Assembly: GCA_963829525.1 (NCBI GenBank)
Contig: CAWHIJ010000003.1
Span: forward strand, 2,848,001-2,912,000
DNA: 64,000 bases
DNA from: an uncultured Actinomycetota bacterium
GTDB lineage: Bacteria; Actinomycetota; Actinomycetes; JAHEKZ01
Direction of reading: 5' to 3'
Shown here: in pieces, positions 39,553 to 48,418 of the stretch
Layout of the letters: every line of letters starts with the position of its first letter
How positions within the stretch are numbered: the stretch's first letter is position 1
Position numbers and translations under genes: made by a program
The notes under the pieces: generated by a model
Seen by the model: the letters and a program-made list of their open reading frames with translations, nothing else
What the model was told of the DNA's origin: nothing
Databases searched by the model: none

Positions 39553-40100
39553 CTGCGCGCGTGGTGCTGCTCAACGGCGCTGGGAGCGTCGGAAAGACGA
39601 CCATCGCGCGCGAGTTGCAGTCCATCAGTCGTGAACCGTTCCTTCACGTTCCTATGGACGCCTTTCTGGAGATGCTTCCTCAGCAGTCATTCGACACTCC
39701 CGATGGTCTGACCTTCGAAACAATCAACGAGGAAGGGCACCCGTCAGTCGTCATCCACTCGGGGCCACTGGCCTCGCGCACGTTCAGCGGCATGCGCCAT
39801 GCGGTCGCCGCGATGGCAGCGCTCAACAACAACATGATCGTGGACGACGTGCTGCTTCCCGCCGAACTCGACGAGTACCGCGAACTGCTCCAGCCCTTTC
39901 ATCTCTCGGTGGTGGGCCTTTTCGCCCCACTAGAGGTCCTGGAACAACGTGAGCGGGAACGCGGTGATCGCCTACAAGGGCTAGCTCGATGGCAACACCG
40001 CCGCGTGCACGAAGGCGTGGGCTACGACCTCAGCATTGACACAGAACTTCGGAACGCTGCAGAGTGCGCGCAGCTAATCAAGGCCGCCCTCGATCTCTAG
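39549..40100 (+). CDS. Chloramphenicol phosphotransferase-like kinase
   Basis: LLNGAGSVGKTT, IVDDV, RERERGDR..GLA, YDLSIDT. Confidence 0.85.
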   Translation: MTARVVLLNGAGSVGKTTIARELQSISREPFLHVPMDAFLEMLPQQSFDTPDGLTFETINEEGHPSVVIHSGPLASRTFSGMRHAVAAMAALNNNMIVDDVLLPAELDEYRELLQPFHLSVVGLFAPLEVLEQRERERGDRLQGLARWQHRRVHEGVGYDLSIDTELRNAAECAQLIKAALDL

Positions 40101-40131
40101 CCACACCAACTGCCGGCCGGAGCGAGCAGCG

Positions 40132-40785
40132 TTACGCCGCGCGCAACTGGGCGGAGTACTGCTGCCAGCCAGGTTCGCCCATGGTGGTCCACAGCTCCCG
40201 AACAGGCGGCGGAAGCGGAGCCAGCATGAAGGCCCGCTCATCGTCGTCCAACGGTTCGAGGAGCATGCCGAACACAAGGAAGATCTGATCCTGGGGAATC
40301 GACCCGCGCGCATGCTCACCAATAGCGTTCCACTCCTCCTGCGTCATCGTCACGGCTGCGAGCGGGACGACCAGACGCTCTTCGTCGTCGAGGTGAGCGC
40401 TCAGTACCACTGTGAGGTTCTCCAGCGCGTCGGCCAATGCGTCTCGCGCCGCCGCGTCTGGGCTCACACGCCAGGCCTCCAACAGCTCACGGATGTGACC
40501 GATCGACGAGTCGACGGCGGTGTGCTGGTCAGCCACCTCACGAACCATGTCCGCTTCAGCTGGCGCACGCTCTGTGAGCACGGGCCACAGCATGAGGTCC
40601 TCACCGTGGTGGTGGTGGTGCAGCAGGTCCAGGGTGAGCGCTATGTGGTCGGCCAGGAACGTGACGCGCGCGGGGGTTGGGTCGTTCGCTGCTCGGACCA
40701 GCCTCGCCGACTCGTCAAACGTCGTACGAAGGGTGCGATGCACGATGGCCATGTCGCGGACCTCGATGGGTGTTGGGGCAGTCAT
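40132..40785 (-). CDS. Hemerythrin-domain protein
   Basis: VH...R, HHHHHGED..LWP, QH, HLDDEE motifs. Confidence 0.88.
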   Translation of the reverse strand: MTAPTPIEVRDMAIVHRTLRTTFDESARLVRAANDPTPARVTFLADHIALTLDLLHHHHHGEDLMLWPVLTERAPAEADMVREVADQHTAVDSSIGHIRELLEAWRVSPDAAARDALADALENLTVVLSAHLDDEERLVVPLAAVTMTQEEWNAIGEHARGSIPQDQIFLVFGMLLEPLDDDERAFMLAPLPPPVRELWTTMGEPGWQQYSAQLRAA

Positions 40786-40891
40786 GACTGGGCCTCCTGG
40801 GATTCATGGGGGAACTCCAGGTCGGAGGCTAGCCACGTCACAATCTGGGTCGCAAGGGCTCTCGACGCGGAAGACGTGGTTGGCTCTCGGC

Positions 40892-41623
40892 ATGGGACAT
40901 GACCACGGCCGCACCGAACGCCTCGACCTTGCTGACGCGACAGTGCGCGAGTGGGACGCCGTTGTGCTCGACGTCGACGAGGACGGTCTGGTGCTTGACC
41001 GGTCAGCGTTCTACCCGGGCGGGGGCGGGCAGCCGCCAGACCACGGCGTCCTGCTGTGGGGTGGGGTCGAGACCCGCATCGTCGGGGCGCGGCGCGGCGA
41101 CGACATCCGGTTGATCTGGGCTGACGGCGATCCGGTCCCTGCCGTCGGCACGGCAGTGCGGGGCGCGATCGAGGACGCCAGACGGTCGGCGCTGATGCGC
41201 ACGCACTCCGGACTGCACCTGCTGTCAGGGGTGGTGTTCCGCGAGTACGGCTGCCTCGTGACCGGCGGCAACATGGAGCCGCTCGAGGCGCGCATGGACT
41301 TTGCGCTACCCGAGGTTCCTGAAGGCTTCAAGGAACGCGTAGCTGAGGCGTGTGCCGTCGAGATCGCCGCCGACCGCGCGATCGAAGTGAAGAACCTTCC
41401 ACGCGATGAAGCCTTCGCCATCCCCGACATCATCCGTACCGCGACGAATCTCTTGCCACCCGACCTGGAGATCGTCCGGATCGTCGACATCGTAGGCCTC
41501 GACACCCAAGCCGACGGTGGTACACACGTGGCCTCGACGCGTCAGATCGGTGGGCTGCAGGTGGTCAAGGTCGAGAACAAGGGCAAAGGCTTCCGCCGAC
41601 TGCGGATTCGCCTTACCGACTGA
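40892..41623 (+). CDS. Free-standing alanyl-tRNA editing protein (AlaX)
   Basis: FYPGGGGQPPD, MRTHSGLHLL, QADGGTHV. Confidence 0.9.
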   Translation: MGHDHGRTERLDLADATVREWDAVVLDVDEDGLVLDRSAFYPGGGGQPPDHGVLLWGGVETRIVGARRGDDIRLIWADGDPVPAVGTAVRGAIEDARRSALMRTHSGLHLLSGVVFREYGCLVTGGNMEPLEARMDFALPEVPEGFKERVAEACAVEIAADRAIEVKNLPRDEAFAIPDIIRTATNLLPPDLEIVRIVDIVGLDTQADGGTHVASTRQIGGLQVVKVENKGKGFRRLRIRLTD

Positions 41624-42100
41624 CTACAGGTCCAGCGCGAGCACCAGCTCGCCTTCATGCACCTCGCCGGTGAGCCGAAAACCCTGGCGCTCATAGAAGC
41701 CGGCGGGTGACTCGGGGCCTTGCCCCGCTGACGTCAGGAGCACGCGGGCGTCCGGCCGGGTCCGCACATGGTCGACCACCAGCCGCAGGGCTGCCGCGCC
41801 GAAGCCGCGCCCCTGATACCGATGGTCGATGAGCAGCCGCCACAAGAAGTAGGGACCGAGGTACTCGGGGTTCATCGCGGTGATTCCGTCACTGATCATC
41901 ACGAACCCCACCGGCTCGTCGACGGCGTACACGGCGCGGTACCACGGGCAGGCGTCTGGAGTCTCCGCCGCATCGACCAGCGACTGCGCGACCCCGCTGA
42001 CGTACTCGGTCTGAGACTCGGTGACCGAAAGCGCCTCGACGGCGGGCCGGTTCTCGCTCGTGATCTCGCGCAGGTGCACGACCAGAGTTGGCGACGTCAT
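41624..42100 (-). CDS. GNAT acetyltransferase (spermidine acetyltransferase-like)
   Basis: LREIT..N, LWRLLIDHRYQGRGFG, FYERQGF. Confidence 0.85.
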   Translation of the reverse strand: MTSPTLVVHLREITSENRPAVEALSVTESQTEYVSGVAQSLVDAAETPDACPWYRAVYAVDEPVGFVMISDGITAMNPEYLGPYFLWRLLIDHRYQGRGFGAAALRLVVDHVRTRPDARVLLTSAGQGPESPAGFYERQGFRLTGEVHEGELVLALDL

Positions 42101-42187
42101 GGGTACATCATCGCGCCGTCCCGGTGGGACTTTCCACACCTACACGTCTCGCGAGCGTTAACGCCAGGACACGTTACGCCAGGAAGT

Positions 42188-42259
42188 CGTGATCGAAGCG
42201 TTTCAGTCGCCGGAAGTACTCGCCGGACTCCAATAAGTGACTGAAACGCTTCGATCACG
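42188..42259. repeat. Perfect 21-bp inverted repeat with a 30-nt spacer
   Basis: CGTGATCGAAGCGTTTCAGTC (42188-42208) and GACTGAAACGCTTCGATCACG (42239-42259). Confidence 0.9.
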
Positions 42260-42263
42260 TGGA

Positions 42264-43643
42264 CTACGGCAGCGGAGCGAAGGCGATGCCGAGACGGGGC
42301 TCGCCGTTGAACCGCGCGCTGTCAGACGCCACCCAGAGGCCGGTGGAGGTAGCCAGCATGTCCTTACCACCTCGCTGTGCGGGCTTCCTCGGGTTCCAGG
42401 GCAGTGCCTTACCGCTCACCGGGTCGATGGCACCGATTCCCTTCCTCGATGCGCAGACCTGACCGTCGGGACAACGGCTTGCCCAGCCTTGGGGATTGTC
42501 CAGCCACTGGAAGTGACCCTGCACATAGACAGCAGCACCCGTGTCAGCAACGTCCCAGATCGTGTCGCCGCCGGTGTAGTTGACCCAAACCGGCTTCTGG
42601 TCGTTGGCCATCGAGAAGCGACCAGCACCGTCGCACACCGTGTGGTAGGTCGAACTTCCGGTGGGCCAGATGTCAGCTTTGGTTGCCGGGATCTGGCCCG
42701 TGGCTGCCACCGAGAAGAACTGGCCGTTGGGGGAGAAGTCCACCCCCCAGATGTACGCGATGCGATTGCCCTGAGTCGACGAGCAGCTCTTGGCGAATCC
42801 TGGGTAGTACCAGGCGTTGAGCGATGCTCCGCCGGCGTTCAGATCAGCGACGAAGACGCGCGACCTGGCCTGACCTGACACCGTCCGGAAGTTTCCGGTT
42901 GCCACAAGCTTCTGCTGCGCGGGATCAATCGCGATTCTGTGCACCGACAGGGGCTCACTTGCTCCCGGGATGGGATCCGCAATCGACAAATTGATGTAGC
43001 CGGTGTTCGCCCCGGTGTTGGGGTTGAGCGCAATCAACTGGCCCGGGATTTCTCCGGCTACGAGGAGCTTTGCGTCAGCGCCACTTCCCAACAGCAGGAG
43101 GTCGTTCACGCGGCCGCTAAGCCTCGCGTTGAAGGCGGTGTCCACTGCCCCGGTCACTGGATTGATCTTGGCAACACCCCCTCGAACCACGCCCCCGATG
43201 TTGCCGAACGTGCCACCGACGTACAGCGACCCGTTACCGGCCTCGACGGCGAGGACGTTGCCGCTGACCGGTGTGGCGAAGCTTCGACTGATCGCACCGG
43301 TCGCCGCATCGAAGGCCATGATGTTCTTGCGGTCGAAGGTGGCGCCGTCTGCTTCCTTTACCTGAGTAAAGAGGCCACCCGCATACATGGTGGAACCAAG
43401 CTGAGCGACGGCGTCTACCCGCGGGCGGTCGACCGTTGAGGTCGGTACCAGAACCGGCGTGTAGTTGGCCGGATTCTCCAGGACGACAGATGACTGCTGG
43501 ACCTGTGAGTTCGCCACTCCGCCGCTGACCACCACGAGAGCCACGCCCAGTGCACTCGCAAACGCCGCCCTGTGACGCTTTATGAACGATCCAGGCGGCG
43601 CAGCGGTCACTCGAGCATGTCTGGAGGTCGTGCTTCTCGTCAT
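42264..43643 (-). CDS. Secreted beta-propeller-like protein
   Basis: Signal peptide; repeated LYVGG.F / YAGGLF / VATGNF / VYVQGHF blades; GGGGAG RBS. Confidence 0.75.
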   Translation of the reverse strand: MTRSTTSRHARVTAAPPGSFIKRHRAAFASALGVALVVVSGGVANSQVQQSSVVLENPANYTPVLVPTSTVDRPRVDAVAQLGSTMYAGGLFTQVKEADGATFDRKNIMAFDAATGAISRSFATPVSGNVLAVEAGNGSLYVGGTFGNIGGVVRGGVAKINPVTGAVDTAFNARLSGRVNDLLLLGSGADAKLLVAGEIPGQLIALNPNTGANTGYINLSIADPIPGASEPLSVHRIAIDPAQQKLVATGNFRTVSGQARSRVFVADLNAGGASLNAWYYPGFAKSCSSTQGNRIAYIWGVDFSPNGQFFSVAATGQIPATKADIWPTGSSTYHTVCDGAGRFSMANDQKPVWVNYTGGDTIWDVADTGAAVYVQGHFQWLDNPQGWASRCPDGQVCASRKGIGAIDPVSGKALPWNPRKPAQRGGKDMLATSTGLWVASDSARFNGEPRLGIAFAPLP

Positions 43644-43871
43644 CAGGTGTTCTCCCCTTGGCAGTGATATCTGAATCGCGGTCTGCGACACCGAAGGGCA
43701 GCATACGTCTCGGCTTCCGCGTCGCGGGCGCCTATGCAGAGACGTCCGCAAAATGGGCCGAACGGCCCCCCCTGCAAGGCAATCGGCGACACAATCCGTT
43801 ACGAGATGTTGCCTTGTGTGATGTCCTATTTGCGGCTTCACCCAACTGCATTCGTCCAGCAACCACCCATG

Positions 43872-44660
43872 TCAGCGCGGCGCGTTGAGGAAGCCAGAGA
43901 CGGTCGCGCGGAGCGCCGAGCGCCCACCCCAGATCCAGGGGATGTCACTTATTTCAAGGCGCGCCTGGGGAATCGCGGCCGCCAGCTTCTCGGCCGCCAA
44001 GACGGGGTGCATGGCGTCGTCCCGCTGAGCCAAGACCAGCACGGAAGCGGTGACGGCGCTGAGCGCGTCCAGGGATGGGAGCACCTGCTGGCGTGGCAGG
44101 TGGCGCAACGCGCCAGAAACTGCGCTTCCCCCCAGGTCGGCAGCGTGGCGCCGCGCCCAGAGACGGACGTCGCTACGGCCGCGCGCTGCCTCTGGTTGCA
44201 TTCGCATCAAGGCGGCGCCGATTCCGATGGGGTCGTTCGCATCGACGGCGTCGGCGAGCTCGTCGGTGACGGCAAGCAGCGCGGCGTCGCGTTCGGCGGG
44301 TATCGGTCCGGGCAGTGCCAACACGGCGCGCTGGAAGCGAGCGGGCTCGTCGGCGAGCAGCCGCACCAGCGCCGCGGCACCGAGTGAGACCCCGAGCGCC
44401 TGCGTCGCTCCAACTGCGTCGGCGACCATGCGTACGTCAGCGGTCAGTCCCTCATATGTCCAGCCGTCAGCGGTCGTCGGCGCCTGCGAGCCCCCGTTCC
44501 CGCGTAGGTCAACGAAGACGCGGGTGCCCTCGACAGCACTGCCGAACGGTCGGGTGTCGGCGATGCTCTGCGCCAGACCGGGAACGAAAAGGGTGGTTGG
44601 GTGGCCAGTTCCGGTGACGACGTGGTGCAGCGGCCCAACAGGGCCATCGATCAGCGGCAC
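43872..44660 (-). CDS. Alpha/beta-fold hydrolase
   Basis: DLRGNG.S, GVSLG nucleophile elbow, DAMHP; usual neighbour of DUF2516. Confidence 0.85.
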   Translation of the reverse strand: MPLIDGPVGPLHHVVTGTGHPTTLFVPGLAQSIADTRPFGSAVEGTRVFVDLRGNGGSQAPTTADGWTYEGLTADVRMVADAVGATQALGVSLGAAALVRLLADEPARFQRAVLALPGPIPAERDAALLAVTDELADAVDANDPIGIGAALMRMQPEAARGRSDVRLWARRHAADLGGSAVSGALRHLPRQQVLPSLDALSAVTASVLVLAQRDDAMHPVLAAEKLAAAIPQARLEISDIPWIWGGRSALRATVSGFLNAPR

Positions 44661-44662
44661 GG

Positions 44663-44965
44663 CTACCAGGACGAAGTGCGCGGCGGACGCCCCCCGGACG
44701 TCCCGCGGACGGCTGGCCGGACATCAACCAGGTAGACCAAGGCGGCAACGAGGGCTGGAATGCCGAAGAACGACAGCAGGCCAAAGAAGAACGGAAACAG
44801 CACCAGGGCAGCGACGCCGGTGATGGATGCCCAGATCGGTTTCGTCAGCTTTCCCGCCGCGACAAAGGCAGCGGTGGGGCGAATGAGGGCATCGACGAAG
44901 GTGAACGCCGCCAGCGCGAAAGCGGCGAACGACAGCACGAGGATGAGGAGCGTTATCAGACTCAC
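44663..44965 (-). CDS. DUF2516 membrane protein
   Basis: AFVAAGKLTKPIW...VYLVDVRPAVR. Confidence 0.9.
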   Translation of the reverse strand: MSLITLLILVLSFAAFALAAFTFVDALIRPTAAFVAAGKLTKPIWASITGVAALVLFPFFFGLLSFFGIPALVAALVYLVDVRPAVRGTSGGRPPRTSSW

Positions 44966-45004
44966 CCCCACAAGGTACGGGGTCACCACTGCGCCGGCGC
45001 AGTA

Positions 45005-45048
45005 AGGAGCCCGCCGCGCTGGAGGGGGAAAGGGCGCGGCGGGCTCCT
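45005..45048 (-). terminator. GC-rich hairpin downstream of the hbhA-like gene
   Basis: 15-bp stem AGGAGCCCGCCGCGC / GCGCGGCGGGCTCCT. Confidence 0.75.
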
Positions 45049-45088
45049 GCAGCGTTCTGGTCAGGTACTGACCGAGCGCTGGTCTTGG

Positions 45089-45650
45089 TCAGGCTTCGGG
45101 ATCAGCCTTGGGTGCAGCGGCCTTCTTGGTGGGCTTGGCTACGGTCTTCTTGGCGGCCGGCGCCTCGTCAGCCTTGGCTGGGGGCCGGAGGCTGGGCGAC
45201 GACAGTGGCGTCATCGGCGACAGCGTCGGACCACTCCGAGCTACGCGCCTTGGTCACCACAGACTCACCGCGAGCCACGAGCGACTCGTAGGCCTCCTGG
45301 CCCTTGGCCGCCCACAGCAGACCGGTCGAGGTGAGCGCGGCAGCATCGATGTTGCGCGGGTCGATCTTGGCGACGTCGATCTTGCGTGGATCGAACCTGC
45401 CGAGGTCGAGAGCCGAGACGTCGATGCGCACCTCTTTGTCACGCAGATCGAGGTTGCTGGTGTCGACGTTGCTCAGCTTCGCCTGCAAGTCGCGGGCAGC
45501 CTCGACGGCAACGTCGCCGGCGCCGACGAGCGCGAGCACGGGGCCAGGGACGTCAGGCAAGTCGGCAAGCGACGAGAGGGAGGGCATCGTGGGCATGGCC
45601 GGCTTGGCGGGCATCGACGGTCGGGGCGGAAGGGGGGGCAGGGTGGGCAT
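45089..45650 (-). CDS. HBHA-like protein with Ala/Lys/Pro tail; extra G in the run at ~45180
   Basis: PVLALVGAGDVAVE, YESLVARGE; tail APAAKKTVAKPTKKAAAPK restored by removing one base; order XRE-hbhA-DUF2516 as in mycobacteria. Confidence 0.7.
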
Positions 45651-45667
45651 GAAAGGAGCCTCTCGGT

Positions 45668-46366
45668 TTAGCTGGCCGACCGCGGCGCGGCCGGTCGGGT
45701 GGACTTCTTGGTCGGGGATTTCTTGGTGGATCGCTTCGCCGTCGTTCCGGCGGAAGTCTTCGTGGCCTTACTGGCCTTACTGGCCCTGCTGGACTTAGCA
45801 GCCTGCTTGGTGGCCTTCTTCGTCGCCCGCTTCGTGGTCTTCTTGGTGATCTTCTTCGCCGTCTTCTTCGCCGGAGGAGTCGCGACCGGGGCCTGCTCTG
45901 CCACCGCAGCCGCCAGTGCCTCGTTCTCGACCAGGAAGGACGCGTAGATGTCGAGCAGCACGCGCTTCTGCCGCTCGGTGATTGCCACGTCCGACATCAG
46001 CGCTGCCTCGACCGCCTGCGAAGTGCCGCGGTCCTCGAGCAGTCCGGCCTGCACGTAGAGCTGCTCAGCAGAGATGCGCAGCGCCTTGGCCAGCTGCTGC
46101 AGGATCTCAGCGCTCGGCCGGCGCAGGCCGCGCTCGACCTGGCTCAGATACGGATTGGAGACACCGGCTTCCTCGGCAAGACGCCGAAGCGAGAGTTTGG
46201 CACTCTGCCGCTGCTCCTTGAGGAAGTCTCCGATGTCGGCTCCAGAGGGGATCGCCCCGGGAAGGGCTGACGAGATCACAGAGGAGGCGGCTGACGCAGC
46301 CGAGTGGGCGCCACCGATTGCCGGACCGAGCGACGAACCGAGCGAAGGGGGAAGAGGAGCGGCCAT
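45668..46366 (-). CDS. XRE-family HTH regulator (Rv0474-like) with Lys-rich tail
   Basis: LSLRRLAEEAGVSNPYLSQVERGLRRPSAEILQQLAKALRISAE. Confidence 0.92.
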   Translation of the reverse strand: MAAPLPPSLGSSLGPAIGGAHSAASAASSVISSALPGAIPSGADIGDFLKEQRQSAKLSLRRLAEEAGVSNPYLSQVERGLRRPSAEILQQLAKALRISAEQLYVQAGLLEDRGTSQAVEAALMSDVAITERQKRVLLDIYASFLVENEALAAAVAEQAPVATPPAKKTAKKITKKTTKRATKKATKQAAKSSRASKASKATKTSAGTTAKRSTKKSPTKKSTRPAAPRSAS

Positions 46367-46409
46367 GGGCCAAGCCTAGGCGCGGGTGCTAGCAAATGCA
46401 AGCAGCGTG

Positions 46410-47495
46410 CTAGCGCACATCGACGCCGGGGAAGAACCGCCGACGTGCCCAGAGCGAGACGTACACCAGCGCCACCAACGCCGGCACCTCGATGAGCGGA
46501 CCTACCGTCCCGGCCAGTGCCTCTCCCGAGGCCACTCCGAACGTCGCGATCGACACGGCGATGGCGAGCTCGAAGTTGTTGCCAGCAGCGGTGAAGGCCA
46601 GCGTCGTCGTGCGGGTGTAGGGAAGCCCGATTCGCCACCCGAGGAAGAACGAACCCCCCCACATGATCGTGAAGTAGGCCAGCAGCGGCAGCGCGATGCG
46701 CAGGACGTCCCAGGGCTCGGCGAGGATCGTCTCCCCTTGCAGAGCGAAGAGGATCACGATGGTGAAGAGCAGGCCGTACAGCGCCAACGGGCCGATGCGC
46801 GGCAGGAACTTCTCTTCGTACCACTCGCGACCGCGTTTGGCCTCGCCGATGCGGCGCGTCAGGTATCCCAGAACCAGCGGTATGCCGAGGAAGACCAGCA
46901 CCGAGATCGCGATGTCCGACGCCGAGACGTCGAGCTCCTCGCCAGCACCGAGCCCCAGCCACTGCGGAAGGATCTCGAGGTAGAACCATGCCAGGACCGA
47001 GAACGCGAAAATCTGAAAGACCGAGTTGATGGCCACCAGCACTGCGGCGGCTTCGCGGTCGCCGCAGGCGAGGTCGTTCCAGATGAGCACCATGGCAATG
47101 CATCGCGCCAGGCCGACGATGATCAGGCCTGTTCTGTACTCCGGAAGGTCAGCAAGAAAGATCCAGGCAAGCGTGAACATCAGCGCCGGCCCGACCAGCC
47201 AGTTCAGGACTAGCGAGCTGACCAGCATGCGCCGGTCGCCGGTGACCCGGTCAAGCTCGCCGTAGCGCACCTTGGCAAGAACGGGGTACATCATCAGCAG
47301 CAGGCCGAGTGCGATCGGTAGCGAGACGTTGCCGACCGACACGGCGTCGAGCGCATCGTTGAGACCGGGCGCCGCGCTTCCCAGCAGCAGCCCGGTGACC
47401 ATTGCCAGACCGATCCAAACGGGCAGATAGCGGTTGAGCGCGGATAGCTGGTGGGCGACGTCGCGCGTTGACGGCGCTGGTGCCGCAGGGCTCAT
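46410..47495 (-). CDS. acr3: ACR3-family arsenite efflux transporter
   Basis: MMYPVLAKV, GLARCIAMV, GNNFELAIAV, GPLIEVP. Confidence 0.95.
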   Translation of the reverse strand: MSPAAPAPSTRDVAHQLSALNRYLPVWIGLAMVTGLLLGSAAPGLNDALDAVSVGNVSLPIALGLLLMMYPVLAKVRYGELDRVTGDRRMLVSSLVLNWLVGPALMFTLAWIFLADLPEYRTGLIIVGLARCIAMVLIWNDLACGDREAAAVLVAINSVFQIFAFSVLAWFYLEILPQWLGLGAGEELDVSASDIAISVLVFLGIPLVLGYLTRRIGEAKRGREWYEEKFLPRIGPLALYGLLFTIVILFALQGETILAEPWDVLRIALPLLAYFTIMWGGSFFLGWRIGLPYTRTTTLAFTAAGNNFELAIAVSIATFGVASGEALAGTVGPLIEVPALVALVYVSLWARRRFFPGVDVR

Positions 47496-47851
47496 GCGCC
47501 GGCCCTCGGCTCCACCGCCAGCACCTGGCGCAACGAGGCCAGCTGCTCGGGCACCGCGCGGTAGTGCACCCAGGTGCCGTGCTTGCGCGATGTCACGAGA
47601 CCGGCTTCGCGCAGCACCTTCAAGTGATGGCTGACAGTGGGCTGGCTCTTGCCGACCGGACCGGTGAGGTCACAGGCGCACACCTCGCCGGACGGTGCGG
47701 AGGCGATGATGCTCAGCAGGCGGATGCGCACCGGGTCCGAGAGCGCCTTGAACGCCTGCGCCAGCTGGGCCGCCGACGCCGCGTCGAGCGGGTTGGTGCT
47801 GAGCGGTGCGCAGCAGGGATCGTCGGTCAGGAGCGGGAGTGACGTCGTCAT
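47492..47851 (-). CDS. arsR: Arsenic-responsive repressor ArsR
   Basis: N-terminal CC, FKALSDPVRIRL, EVCACDL, SQPTVSHHLKVLREAGLV. Confidence 0.92.
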   Translation of the reverse strand: MTTSLPLLTDDPCCAPLSTNPLDAASAAQLAQAFKALSDPVRIRLLSIIASAPSGEVCACDLTGPVGKSQPTVSHHLKVLREAGLVTSRKHGTWVHYRAVPEQLASLRQVLAVEPRAGA

Positions 47852-47871
47852 GACTGCAGTCTATCCACGGT

Positions 47872-47936
47872 TGTCGATGAATGTATTGACAGCAATCAAA
47901 TAATGGGTGAACATCAGTACATCGACATCCATCAAT
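47872..47936. promoter_or_regulatory. AT-rich divergent ars promoter with ArsR-type palindromes
   Basis: TGTCGAT-N6-ATTGACA, ATTGA-N6-TCAAAT and ATCGA-N6-TCAAT. Confidence 0.7.
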
Positions 47937-47949
47937 GCAAGGAGTCCCG

Positions 47950-48387
47950 ATGAACCCCCTCCCTCGCGTACAGCTCGCCCTGAACGTCAGCGATGTGGAT
48001 GCCGCCGTCGACTTCTACAGCCGGCTCTTCGGCGCCGAACCGCACAAACGGCGTCCGGGATACGCCAACTTCGCGCTGGACGCCCCTCCGCTCAAGCTTG
48101 TCCTCATCGAGAACGCTGCAGCTGCCGGCGGCCTCAACCACCTTGGAGTCGAGGTCGCCGACACCGCAGGCGTGTCGGACGCCCAGAAGCGGCTCGCCGA
48201 TGCGGGGCTCTCCGGACGTGAAGAGGCTGGAGTCGTCTGCTGCCACGCCAGGCAGGACAAGGTCTGGGTGGACGACCCGGACGGCGCGTCCTGGGAGGTC
48301 TACACCGTGCTCGACGACAACCCCGAGCTCTCGATGACCATGGCAGCCGACGGGTCAGCCGGCGAGTCCGCCTGCTGCTCCGGCTGA
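47950..48387 (+). CDS. arsI: ArsI/CadI-family glyoxalase-fold protein (putative C-As lyase)
   Basis: RVQLALNV, RPGYANF, LNHLGVEV, CCHARQDKVWV vicinal Cys pair, WEVYTV. Confidence 0.88.
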   Translation: MNPLPRVQLALNVSDVDAAVDFYSRLFGAEPHKRRPGYANFALDAPPLKLVLIENAAAAGGLNHLGVEVADTAGVSDAQKRLADAGLSGREEAGVVCCHARQDKVWVDDPDGASWEVYTVLDDNPELSMTMAADGSAGESACCSG

Positions 48388-48418
48388 CCCACGGCTGCCC
48401 GACCGCGGTCAGGCTTGG

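Noticed and set aside
39549-40100. Bona fide chloramphenicol resistance gene
   Set aside because: Only family-level motifs are visible; CPT-like kinases are widespread and the substrate cannot be inferred.
43780-43812. Additional sigma-28 promoter upstream of the beta-propeller gene
   Set aside because: GCCGAT is present on the minus strand, but no TCA/TAAA -35 element lies at the 17-nt spacing seen in the other three candidates.
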